The notes: generated by a model from the sequence alone, not told the origin. Shown: positions 30,289 through 39,637, counted from the first letter of the stretch. The stretch is 64,000 nucleotides of DNA from Bacteroidota bacterium (GCA_947479455.1 CANJZE010000002.1:29458-93457), one strand, 5' to 3'. Translations and numbers: made by a program.

Positions 30289-31440
30289 TTATTGAATGAA
30301 TTGAAATTTTGCCTTCACCACATTTCCTTTAATATCGGTTACTTGCAGTTCGTAAAACTTTCCGTTCTGCATTTTGCCACCGCCTTTTGCCTCTACACTG
30401 AAATAGTTGAAGCCATAATTTACATCGAGTACCTGCTTATCAATGCTCTGCATTTTTGAATCCAAAATTTGATAGCCGATTTTGTCTTGCTGTAAATTAT
30501 TGACGTAGACAAAACTCATTTTGCCATCGTCAATCACACTATAGTTGTTAGCAGTTTTTGCTTTCAATTCCATGTAAGGTATGCCGGGCTTTGGAGGGTT
30601 TTTTACAACCTCTTTTTTCTTCTTCGTTGTATCAGCAATAAAAACAAGCGAACCCTTTTTGCAGTAAACAAAACTCCACACTTCGCTTGTTGCTACCGTT
30701 TGATTATTGACTTCTGCTGAAACCTTCCAAGCGTAGCGATAACCCTCGCGCAGATTGCGCGCATTAATTACGTATTGTGAAATAGGCATTGCAATTCCTT
30801 TCTTTTCATAGTAGGCGGGATTGGTTTGCACCGAACTCAAAACTGTTTGCACGTTTTGCAATTCGTAAATAGAAAGTGTGTAAGTAAATTTTTGTCCGTT
30901 GTTGGGAGTCGGTGGCAACCAACTAAAAAACGGATACGGCTCGCAAACTGTATCGTTGTTATCGGGAGAAATTAAAACCGGTGGAGAAAAATAGTCAGCA
31001 GAAAAATTAAGACAGTTGCTTCCTAATTCAGTCGAATCAGTTGCCGAAAAGGCCGTGATACAAATTTCATAATCGCCAGCCGGAAGTCCATTTGTTTGAA
31101 TGGCGTATTGCCGCAACGCCTGGTCTTCGTATAAAACTTTGTAAGGCTCTAAGCCCACATAATATTGTGTGCTGAACGTGGTAGAGCCTGGCGCAATAGC
31201 GCGGTCATACGATTGTGCTTCGTAAACTTTACCGCGTTGCGCTTCGGTAGCAATACCGTAGAAATAAACTTTTAGAGTTTGTGCTGTGGTATTAGTTACA
31301 ATCACTTTCCATTCGTCTCTTCTCGACAATGTGTAATCACTGGCGGGAATGATGGCGATTTGGATTTGTTGTGCACTTAGCTTAAAGGCAAACAGTACAA
31401 GCCCCATGATGAAAATTTGTCGGCTAGTTTTCATTGACAT
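30289..31440 (-). CDS. Secreted accessory protein: TANFOR/DUF928-like N-domain plus Fn3-like domain
   Basis: Signal peptide; GLPAGDYEICI...C; PPVLISP.N...PFFSWLPP...YAWKVSA...SEVWSF; family name from memory. Confidence 0.6.
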   Translation of the reverse strand: MSMKTSRQIFIMGLVLFAFKLSAQQIQIAIIPASDYTLSRRDEWKVIVTNTTAQTLKVYFYGIATEAQRGKVYEAQSYDRAIAPGSTTFSTQYYVGLEPYKVLYEDQALRQYAIQTNGLPAGDYEICITAFSATDSTELGSNCLNFSADYFSPPVLISPDNNDTVCEPYPFFSWLPPTPNNGQKFTYTLSIYELQNVQTVLSSVQTNPAYYEKKGIAMPISQYVINARNLREGYRYAWKVSAEVNNQTVATSEVWSFVYCKKGSLVFIADTTKKKKEVVKNPPKPGIPYMELKAKTANNYSVIDDGKMSFVYVNNLQQDKIGYQILDSKMQSIDKQVLDVNYGFNYFSVEAKGGGKMQNGKFYELQVTDIKGNVVKAKFQFIQ

Positions 31441-31470
31441 TATTTTATTACTGAAATAGAAAACTGAATA

Positions 31471-32820
31471 CTACAATTTCGAAACACGTTGCACAAACCG
31501 CTCCTTAGCAGTTTCAATTTTTATGAAGTAGAGCCCAGAATTAAGTTCGTTGAAATTTAGTTGCCATTGGTTGACACCATCGTTCATAAAAGCCTCTACC
31601 TGTTGAACTAATCTTCCATCGAGGTCAAACACTTCAATTTTTGCTTTGCCGCTTTCATTCAAATTAAATTCAACAGTTGCTCTTTGTGTAAATGGATTTG
31701 GAAAAACTTTCAGTGATTTTGTTTCCGCAATTTCTTCAACTCCCGAAAGTGTTGTGCTATACCAATAGTAATCTTCGTTATAGTTTATCCAGTTGCCGCT
31801 CGTCCAGTTCTGTAAAATGTGATGGCGCAAATCGCCATCGTTGTCGTAGGTAAAAAATTCCTTTTGGTAGTTTTCCCATACACTTGTAATCAGATTGTAA
31901 TGCTCTTGTACTGCAGTTAGCCAATGGTTATTGGCGTCTAGCGTAAACGTAGTTCTTTGATTAGGATCTAAACTTCCGTTGTTTACAGCAAGTTGCTTAT
32001 AAACATAAGTAAGCACGTTAGAAGTATAAGAATAATCGTATCTCCATTGAGCCCAAGGAAGTGTGCCTCCAATAATATCTACCCATTCAAAAAATTGTTG
32101 CGATGCCATTTCCCCATTTACGTTGTAAGTAAAAGTGGTAAACCCGAATGCGTACCAATTTGAACCGACAGTGTTCCAGTTATATTGGTGTACTATAGAA
32201 TCTTTTGTGCTGCCGCTATATAAAATATGCGTGTACTGGTAAGCGTTTTCCCAAGTGGTTGTTGCAACCATCCAGTTTTGTTTCACAACAACCGTAGGAA
32301 TGTTTCCAAAAAAAGTTGCGTATTGCTCTCTCCGCAAATTTCTCCAATTACTCGAAATCCAATTTTCGGTAGTATATGTAATTAGGTGCTGTTGTGCATC
32401 ATAAGCACTGGTGTAACGGTTTACACCTACCCATGCACTGCTAATCCATAACCATCTTGCTTCGGTTATAAGCAGGTTGTTTCCGTTGTAGGTATAATCA
32501 ATTTTAAAGCTGTTTACTTGAGTGCCCGAGCTAACACCGAAGGTGGTTTTGTTGGTTAACAGACTTCCGCTGTAAGTATAAACTGTGAGCGTATTCTCTT
32601 TCCATCCGGTGCCCGCGTTGTAAACAAACCCATGCGACTGCGTAATTTTTCCGCTTCCATCGTACTCGTAAGTAGTGGAGTCTAAACCTTCGAAAAAAGA
32701 AGTGCCGGTGTTCCAGTTATTGGTGCGGTCGCCAATTAATTGCTTTACCGAAGCCGTTGCGTTTTGTGTTGCAAAAATTATTGCAGCAAAAGCAATGTAT
32801 GTTCTGAATGAAGTTTTCAT
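31471..32820 (-). CDS. T9SS type A cargo protein with Trp/Tyr-rich beta repeats
   Basis: Repeats of W....W.N...Y.YD; C-terminal KVFPNPF...IEVFDLDGR...LNSGLYFIKI; signal peptide from ATG 32820 (alternative start 32862). Confidence 0.8.
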   Translation of the reverse strand: MKTSFRTYIAFAAIIFATQNATASVKQLIGDRTNNWNTGTSFFEGLDSTTYEYDGSGKITQSHGFVYNAGTGWKENTLTVYTYSGSLLTNKTTFGVSSGTQVNSFKIDYTYNGNNLLITEARWLWISSAWVGVNRYTSAYDAQQHLITYTTENWISSNWRNLRREQYATFFGNIPTVVVKQNWMVATTTWENAYQYTHILYSGSTKDSIVHQYNWNTVGSNWYAFGFTTFTYNVNGEMASQQFFEWVDIIGGTLPWAQWRYDYSYTSNVLTYVYKQLAVNNGSLDPNQRTTFTLDANNHWLTAVQEHYNLITSVWENYQKEFFTYDNDGDLRHHILQNWTSGNWINYNEDYYWYSTTLSGVEEIAETKSLKVFPNPFTQRATVEFNLNESGKAKIEVFDLDGRLVQQVEAFMNDGVNQWQLNFNELNSGLYFIKIETAKERFVQRVSKL

Positions 32821-32891
32821 TTTGATTTTTTTAGTGAGAAGATAAATAAGTGATGTTTTCATAGTTCTAATTTTATGTGTTTACTAAAGTT

Positions 32892-34103
32892 CTACTCGTG
32901 GTAATAATTGCCGCTTACATTATTTTGATAAAACATACTTACAGGCAGAAAAATAGAGGGTGCCAAGGTAGCATACACACCATAAGCTGCACTATTAGTT
33001 ATGTTCGAATTCTCAATACTAAAGCTACCTGCACTCCAAGCACCGGCCATAATATTGCCACGCTGTGCGGTGTTTCCTGTATAGGAAGAATGCCCACCAT
33101 ACTCGATAATTGTGTAGGAAATTTGATTATTCGGACTGGTGCTTTGAAAAGCAATTCCTTTCCACCAACCGGCTAAAGCAGTTTCGCCTGTAAGAGTTAT
33201 GACATTAGGCGGACTGCTTCCATTCAGTTTCATCCATGAACCTGTAGAATAGTCACCTGTGCAAAGTCCTGCACCGCCTGCAAACTCAATGGTTACGCCC
33301 GGGTTAACAGTAAGATTACCGTTGTCGGCATAATATCCAACCGATAAAATATCCTGAACCAAGTAATGAACTCCCAGTTTTTTCCAAACATGCGCACCAA
33401 ATAAACGACCTCCACGTACCAACACTTTATCAATTGTATTGCCTATATAAACAGAACTTGCATCCAATTCATTTACGGTTGCACCCAAAATGGAAAGCGG
33501 ATAATTGAGGTTGCCAGTAAAAGTATTGTTGCTGAAAGAGGTGATAGAATTTTGCTCATCGGAGTCAAACCCCTCCACGTAAACACCATCCTTTCCACTC
33601 TTCGAAATATCACAGTTGGTTAATTCAACTCGTGCTGATAATGCAACGCGCAAATTTGCTTTCCAATCCGTATGTCCATCAAAACTGCTTTGTCCTCCGC
33701 CTGAAATAGTGCAGAAATCAAACTTGTTATTTAAACTACTTGTGTTTAGAAAAATTCCTTTCCAAGAACCGGCCACATCGGTACTACCATGCATAGAAAT
33801 TTTTTGACTAAAAGTTCCTACTGCTTTTATGGACCCTGTATTGCTTACAATTATTCCTGCACCACTTGCAAATTCAATTTCGGTTCCGGGTTCAATAGTT
33901 AGTAATGCTTCTACTGAAATAGGACAACTGATAATGTAGTCTACGCCATCGCGATGATTGCTCCAGGTGGTTGCACCGGTTACGGTATCGCAAAAAGTAA
34001 TAACGGAAGAAGTGCGGTGGCAAGCAGATAGAAAAACGATCATCACCAGGTAAATGGCTGTGCTGCTTAAAAAAATGTTCGGTTGGTAAGATTTTGCTTT
34101 CAT
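32892..34103 (-). CDS. Lipoprotein with right-handed parallel beta-helix repeats
   Basis: Lipobox LSAC after MKAKSY (ATG 34103); duplicated LT(I/V).PG..IEF..GAG / GxWKGI / I.xGG units. Confidence 0.75.
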   Translation of the reverse strand: MKAKSYQPNIFLSSTAIYLVMIVFLSACHRTSSVITFCDTVTGATTWSNHRDGVDYIISCPISVEALLTIEPGTEIEFASGAGIIVSNTGSIKAVGTFSQKISMHGSTDVAGSWKGIFLNTSSLNNKFDFCTISGGGQSSFDGHTDWKANLRVALSARVELTNCDISKSGKDGVYVEGFDSDEQNSITSFSNNTFTGNLNYPLSILGATVNELDASSVYIGNTIDKVLVRGGRLFGAHVWKKLGVHYLVQDILSVGYYADNGNLTVNPGVTIEFAGGAGLCTGDYSTGSWMKLNGSSPPNVITLTGETALAGWWKGIAFQSTSPNNQISYTIIEYGGHSSYTGNTAQRGNIMAGAWSAGSFSIENSNITNSAAYGVYATLAPSIFLPVSMFYQNNVSGNYYHE

Positions 34104-34216
34104 GATTTTTAATTTTTGTAAAGCAAATGTGCATGTGTAAAATACAATTATCAAATTGAAATTTCGGAATTTGTGATAAAACGCTACTTTAGAAAGGTGC
34201 GACAAATACCCACGTT

Positions 34217-35674
34217 ATGAAACACAGCAAACTTTTTTCATTGATAAAACAATTGCCTGAAAAGGAATTGACAGCCATAGGTTCTACTCTGCTACAACAC
34301 AAAAGAAGTAGCTTGAAAAAACTTTTTGTGGTGCTTAGTAACGCGCGTCATGAAGATGAACCCGAAGCTTCATTGGTGTATAAAGTGGTTTTTGGCAAGA
34401 AATATTCAAAAGCCTCCGACTATCTTTTGCGAAACGAATACCGGCTGCTTTACGATTGGTTACATCAATACATCCATCAAAAAATTTCGGCAGAAAAAAA
34501 TTTTGATCCTGCAGCGTTGCTCAGCTATTTTGTAAATATAGGAGCAGTTGAACTTTTTGAAGAAGAGTACCATGCAGCTTGGAAAAAAGCTTTACAACAA
34601 GACGATATTGATTTGCTGACACAACTCAGCGATTTGAACATCCATTATTATCTAACTGCAAAAAACCAATCGCTGGTAAATGCAGAAATGATAACTCAAC
34701 TTTCGCAGCAACGAATCAATTTATTGCAAACACAATTTTTACGCAGTATCAGGAAAGAAGAAATTCGGGTTAAACTTTCGGAACGCATCGTATCAGCATT
34801 CAAAAAACTGGAGCACCCAATTGAAACCTTGAACCAGGTAAATTTAAAGGAACTGGAAAAAGAAGATTTATATGCACAGTACTTAAGCACAAGAGCCAGA
34901 ATTAATTTTGCCAGAGGAGAAGAAAAAATCAGACTGCTTAAAAACAATCTTGCCCAAGAACAAGTCATTCGAAAATATGAACCTGCACCCGAAGAAGCCT
35001 TGTGCCGTTTTTTAATTAACCTGGCACAGGAGCATTACCTGAACCTGAACTTTAAAGAAGCAGTTGAATATTATCAAAAGGCGTATGAATATTTTGAGCA
35101 GGTAGCCATGCCGGTGCGCGAAACGCTTTTGATCAACTATATTATGTCGCTCATGCGTAATGAAGATTTTAAACTAGCAGAAAAATTAGCGGCAGAAAAT
35201 TCGACCTTGCTACTGGATAGCAAATTGCTGGCGAGCCGGTCACCGTTTTTATTGGCAGTATTAAAACTCCACGCCCGCGATGCAGAAGCAGCCGAAAAAT
35301 ATGTGAACCTCGACAGCAAAAAAGAAGGCAGTGTATTTTACTACTTCATGCGCTTAATTTTATCTGCGGTTTATTATTTACGAGGCGATATTGAATTTGC
35401 GGTTCGCGAAGCCATCAACCTTGACCAGGCTGTTAATTACGAATTGAATCGTGAGCAAAATTTACAAACAAAAATGAGTAAGCCTATCGTTTCGGTTTTC
35501 AGAAAATTCTATTCTACCATTCAGAACACTACAAAACATCAACTGAAAAAAGAACTCGCTTTGCTAAATCAGGAAATAAATGCTTCGCTGGTTTCCGCCA
35601 ACGACCAATCGCCAAATTCTATACTTACCCAATGGATAAATAAAGAAGTAAGCATCCTGATAAGTAAAAAATGA
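34217..35674 (+). CDS. Cytoplasmic all-helical protein with TPR-like repeats and a possible N-terminal HTH (putative regulator)
   Basis: 485-aa ORF with no signal peptide; TPR-like NLAQEHY...FKEAVEYYQKAYE; divergent from the Rhs gene run. Confidence 0.55.
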   Translation: MKHSKLFSLIKQLPEKELTAIGSTLLQHKRSSLKKLFVVLSNARHEDEPEASLVYKVVFGKKYSKASDYLLRNEYRLLYDWLHQYIHQKISAEKNFDPAALLSYFVNIGAVELFEEEYHAAWKKALQQDDIDLLTQLSDLNIHYYLTAKNQSLVNAEMITQLSQQRINLLQTQFLRSIRKEEIRVKLSERIVSAFKKLEHPIETLNQVNLKELEKEDLYAQYLSTRARINFARGEEKIRLLKNNLAQEQVIRKYEPAPEEALCRFLINLAQEHYLNLNFKEAVEYYQKAYEYFEQVAMPVRETLLINYIMSLMRNEDFKLAEKLAAENSTLLLDSKLLASRSPFLLAVLKLHARDAEAAEKYVNLDSKKEGSVFYYFMRLILSAVYYLRGDIEFAVREAINLDQAVNYELNREQNLQTKMSKPIVSVFRKFYSTIQNTTKHQLKKELALLNQEINASLVSANDQSPNSILTQWINKEVSILISKK

Positions 35675-35965
35675 TTACAGAATAATCACCTCGGTAATTA
35701 CGTTGTCCTCTAATTCTTTGTTGAACACCTCTTTAATTTTATCGCGCGAGTAATTGAGTTCTTGTCTAAGCGCGGCAGAATCAACCTTAACATACAACTT
35801 TCCTTTTTTAAGTGTGACCGATGTAGTGTATTTTGCAATGGGTGCACCCATCACCTTTGCCCAGGCATCGCGCACGCGCGACTCATCAATTCTGCCTTTT
35901 AGTTTAAGGTCAGTCACCATCATATCGAGGGCTTGTTTAATGGTAAGGCTGTTTTTAAATCGCAT
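35675..35965 (-). CDS. DUF721 (DciA-like) protein
   Basis: W.KVMG..IAKYT....LK.GKLYV.VDSAALRQEL. Confidence 0.85.
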   Translation of the reverse strand: MRFKNSLTIKQALDMMVTDLKLKGRIDESRVRDAWAKVMGAPIAKYTTSVTLKKGKLYVKVDSAALRQELNYSRDKIKEVFNKELEDNVITEVIIL

Positions 35966-36003
35966 AAGAATTATGCTGCAAGGTAAAATTCTGTGGGCAA
36001 ATA

Positions 36004-37905
36004 TTATTTCGAAAATTTCCTCATTGCAATAACGAGCAGCAGTACCACCAACTGAATAGAAACACTTTCCACAGTTGGAAACAAACCAATCAGTTCTATG
36101 CGCGAAAAAGAAATTCCATGCACCGGAATTACTCCTATTTCCTGCAACGAGTGAGCGCCTTTGCCGGCTAACACTACTGCCAACACGCCCATTACGAACG
36201 AAGAAATTTTAAAGAGCGTAGGAATAGGAAGTTTGGCAGAAAAGCGAAGTACTACAAAAGCAAAAACTAAAACTACTGCAAACGCCCAAAGCACTCCAAA
36301 TAAAATGGCTTTGCTATGAGTTACACCTGCTTCTACCTGCAAGGCCGATAAAAACAAAACTGATTCAAACACTTCGCGAAACACTACAAAAAAAGAAAGT
36401 GCCCCCAAGCCTACCATGCTTTTATTATCCATTACTCCCTTCATCATCCCTTTCACATAATCTTTCCACTTATTGATTTCGCTTTTACCATGTAACCAAA
36501 AACCAACGTAAAGCAACATGGCAACTGCAATAAACGAGATAACCCCTTCGGTCAATTCAACACGAGTTGAGTTTCCATTCAAAATCTTTTCGCTGAGCAC
36601 AAACAAAATGCAACCAAGTGCTACGGCTAAAATCCAACCACTATGCACCCATTTTTTTGCTCCCGATAAATTGCCCGCTTTAATTACAGAGAGAATAACC
36701 ATAATTACTAAGAACGCTTCTAACCCTTCACGAAACAAAACAGAAGCCGCCATAAAAAATGCAAGCCAAAATGAATACTCTTTTTTGTTGAGTAATTCAC
36801 CCGCGCTTTTCACTGTTATGCGAACCGCATGGATAGAATCTTTCACCTCAATAGCCGGTCGGCCGTCTTCCATCATTTTGCGCAAATGCTGCATTTGTTC
36901 TTCAAGAATAATAAGCAAAGAAGGGTCTGTTGCTTTTAAACGATTTTCGATAGGTTCAATGCCTTCCAAGTACGAAAGCGCAGCCATTTGCGATGCTTCA
37001 GTATATTTTTTTTCGTAGTAGAGTGTCAGTGCGCCATCTAAATATTGCAGCGATGTGTTAATGAAATCATTGTCGCTGTGTTCAGGTTGGTTAAAACGAA
37101 TTGCGGCCAAAACAAGCTTTGCTTTTGAACTGTCTTTAATATTCAGTACACTTAAAAAATCATCATCGCTTTTAACGGCTGCCTCGGCAGGAGAAATACC
37201 TGAAAGAAATTTCTTGGTCTCTTCTGTTTTTAAAAATGCATTAGAAGCTAAATCCTGAAAGCGTAAGGTAGAAATATAAAACGCCACATCCCAAACTTCT
37301 TCATCTTCTAAAGTTGGGTGCGCTTTCATTCCAGTTCCTTCAATTCCCAAACGAATGGTATTAAAAGCAAAAAATGGAGAGATAGATCGCATCCGTTCAG
37401 TATCATGAAAATTGCGCGGCTTCGGCTCAAGGTCTTTGCCCTCTGGTCCATTGCCAAAACCATTGGCACCATGACATTTAGCACATTCTGTTTTGAAAAT
37501 AATTTTGCCGGTTTCCAAATTTGGAAACTGAGCAGGGGTGATGATTAAACCTGATGCACTAATCACTTTGTTCTTTGCTTCAATAGCTACTTCCGCTACT
37601 TCCTTAAAATCGGCAAAATGAGCTATCAAATTATCTAAGCGGTAAATCAATAAACCTATAGCTACAGAATCGCTATCACTCCATTGCGATGAATAGAGTT
37701 TGAAATTTTTTACAGCCGCTTCAGAAAACTCTTCTTCTTCCTTGTATTCTGCTGCACTACTAATTTTTCCATCCTTAACCGCAAACTGATAATCGTGACT
37801 AATGTAATTGAGGGTGTGCACCAGCAAACGCGATTGCTCTCCATTCTGCGCTTGTGCAGCTATAGAAAAGAACAGAAACAGTAAAGCGTAACAGAAATAT
37901 TTCAA
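36004..37905 (-). CDS. Cytochrome c / FTR1 family iron permease fusion
   Basis: CAKCHG heme motif; two RExxE motifs (REGLE, REVFE); multiple TM helices; likely TTG start at 37905 (LKYFC..., signal-like). Confidence 0.88.
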   Translation of the reverse strand: MKYFCYALLFLFFSIAAQAQNGEQSRLLVHTLNYISHDYQFAVKDGKISSAAEYKEEEEFSEAAVKNFKLYSSQWSDSDSVAIGLLIYRLDNLIAHFADFKEVAEVAIEAKNKVISASGLIITPAQFPNLETGKIIFKTECAKCHGANGFGNGPEGKDLEPKPRNFHDTERMRSISPFFAFNTIRLGIEGTGMKAHPTLEDEEVWDVAFYISTLRFQDLASNAFLKTEETKKFLSGISPAEAAVKSDDDFLSVLNIKDSSKAKLVLAAIRFNQPEHSDNDFINTSLQYLDGALTLYYEKKYTEASQMAALSYLEGIEPIENRLKATDPSLLIILEEQMQHLRKMMEDGRPAIEVKDSIHAVRITVKSAGELLNKKEYSFWLAFFMAASVLFREGLEAFLVIMVILSVIKAGNLSGAKKWVHSGWILAVALGCILFVLSEKILNGNSTRVELTEGVISFIAVAMLLYVGFWLHGKSEINKWKDYVKGMMKGVMDNKSMVGLGALSFFVVFREVFESVLFLSALQVEAGVTHSKAILFGVLWAFAVVLVFAFVVLRFSAKLPIPTLFKISSFVMGVLAVVLAGKGAHSLQEIGVIPVHGISFSRIELIGLFPTVESVSIQLVVLLLVIAMRKFSK

Positions 37906-37926
37906 AGCAAATTCAGAATTAAATGA

Positions 37927-37945
37927 GTTTAGATTAAATCTAAAC
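37927..37945. promoter_or_regulatory. Perfect 19-bp palindrome GTTTAGATT-A-AATCTAAAC, candidate metal-responsive operator
   Basis: 9-1-9 inverted repeat immediately downstream of a near-consensus -7 box (TACATTCG, 37958-37951, minus strand) before the FTR1 gene. Confidence 0.7.
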
Positions 37946-38083
37946 AAGCGCGAATGTAAGATGTTGGACGAAATGTGAAAGGGTGATTTTTGTCAGTTGA
38001 TTTGGTCATAAGATCAAGTGAACCACTTTTCGAAGTACCTTAAAATTTTACTTTTGCCGTCCTTTAAATTAAAAAATAACAAC

Positions 38084-39472
38084 TTGTCTCTAATAAAATC
38101 TATATCAGGTATTCGCGGCACCATCGGTGGTTTTCCCAGTGCAAATTTCACTCCCGTTGACATTATGAAGTTTACCCTCGCCTTTGGTGAGTGGGTAAAG
38201 AATAACGAAGGCAATCGTAAAATTGTAATTGGAAGAGATGCGCGCGTGAGTGGCGAAATGGTAAATCATATTGTAGTGGGCTCGCTTCTTTCTATAGGAA
38301 TGGATGTGGTTGACCTTGGTCTTTCTACTACGCCTACCGTTGAAATTGCCGTGCATGAAGAAAAAGCCGGTGGTGGAATTATTATCACTGCTTCACATAA
38401 TCCTAAACAGTGGAATGCGCTAAAATTGCTCAATAGCCACGGTGAATTTATTTCAGCAAAAGCAGGAGAAGAATTACTGCGCATAGCTGAAGATAAAACC
38501 ATTGAGTTTGAAGAAGTGAATGCCATTGGTTCTTATACACAAGACAGCACTTATATAGACCGTCACATTGAAAAGATTTTGAAGTTGAAGTTAGTGGATG
38601 TAGAAGCCATTAAAGCCCGCAATTTTAAAGTGGTGATTGATTGTGTGAACTCTACAGGCGGTATTGCACTTCCAAAATTGTTGAAAGCATTAGGAGTGGA
38701 GCAAGTGGTGGAACTTTTTTGCGAACCGACAGGACAGTTTCCGCATAATCCTGAACCGCTGCCCGAGAATTTAAATGAACTTTCGGTTACCGTAAAAAAG
38801 AGCAAAGCCGATTTAGGAATTTCTGTTGACCCAGATGTAGACCGCCTTGCCCTAGTTTGCGAAGACGGAAATATGTTTGGCGAAGAATATACGCTCGTAG
38901 CCGTAAGTGATTATGTGTTGAGCCAAAAGAAAGGCAATACAGTTTCCAATCTTTCTTCTACCCGCGCACTTAGCGATGTAACCAAGAAAGCTGGCGGAGA
39001 ATATTTTGCTTCGGCCGTAGGCGAAGTAAATGTGGTAGAAAAAATGAAAGAGGTGAAGGCGGTAATTGGTGGCGAAGGAAACGGAGGAATCATTTATCCT
39101 GAATTGCATTATGGAAGAGATGCAATGGTGGGCATTGCTTTGTTCCTTACACACCTTGCTAAGTTTGGAAAGACGGCATCTATGCTTCGCTCTACTTACC
39201 CGAATTACTTTATGGCGAAGAAGAAAATCGATTTGGATTTAGGGGTGAATATTGAGGAGTTGTTTGATGAAGTGGAGAAAAAATATCGCAAGTATCCGGT
39301 GAACACCATTGATGGGGTCAAGATTGATTTCGAAAATGAGTGGGTTCATTTGCGCAGGTCAAACACCGAACCTATTATTCGTATTTACAGCGAAAGCAAT
39401 TCGGAAACCACAGCCGATAACATTGCGAATCAAATCATGAGCGACCTACAAACTTTTTCGAAGAAGAAGTAA
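38084..39472 (+). CDS. glmM: Phosphoglucosamine mutase
   Basis: SISGIRG, GRDAR.SG, TASHNP, DPDVDR, GGEGNGG, R.SNTEP; TTG start 38084 after a TACTTTTG box at 38049-38056. Confidence 0.85.
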   Translation: MSLIKSISGIRGTIGGFPSANFTPVDIMKFTLAFGEWVKNNEGNRKIVIGRDARVSGEMVNHIVVGSLLSIGMDVVDLGLSTTPTVEIAVHEEKAGGGIIITASHNPKQWNALKLLNSHGEFISAKAGEELLRIAEDKTIEFEEVNAIGSYTQDSTYIDRHIEKILKLKLVDVEAIKARNFKVVIDCVNSTGGIALPKLLKALGVEQVVELFCEPTGQFPHNPEPLPENLNELSVTVKKSKADLGISVDPDVDRLALVCEDGNMFGEEYTLVAVSDYVLSQKKGNTVSNLSSTRALSDVTKKAGGEYFASAVGEVNVVEKMKEVKAVIGGEGNGGIIYPELHYGRDAMVGIALFLTHLAKFGKTASMLRSTYPNYFMAKKKIDLDLGVNIEELFDEVEKKYRKYPVNTIDGVKIDFENEWVHLRRSNTEPIIRIYSESNSETTADNIANQIMSDLQTFSKKK

Positions 39473-39637
39473 ACTCAAATCTCGCACTAAGTGTTTCAAC
39501 CCTCCGTTAATTTGTTTCTCCAAAACATCTTCAGCAGGCAATCTTCATCACCCGTTTAAACTTTGTTTACACCTAGGTGTTTCCGCTTTTGCCTTACATC
39601 TATTTTAATACTTTTACCCGCCTCAAAAAAAATATCA

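Noticed and set aside
32818-32862. Duplicated MKTS start (ATGAAAAC twice, 42 nt apart)
   Set aside because: Too short to separate from common Bacteroidota start-context bias; treated as alternative starts
12092-34103. T6SS, contractile injection system or complete Tc toxin assignment for the Rhs locus
   Set aside because: No recognisable VgrG, PAAR, Hcp, sheath, baseplate or TcA gene; the giant proteins have Sec signal peptides
1894-39637. Extended N-termini in the ORF track (starts 1894, 1974, 5981, 34205, 37947, 38018, 39563)
   Set aside because: They overlap promoters or neighbouring genes; family motifs or signal peptides begin at the downstream starts used here
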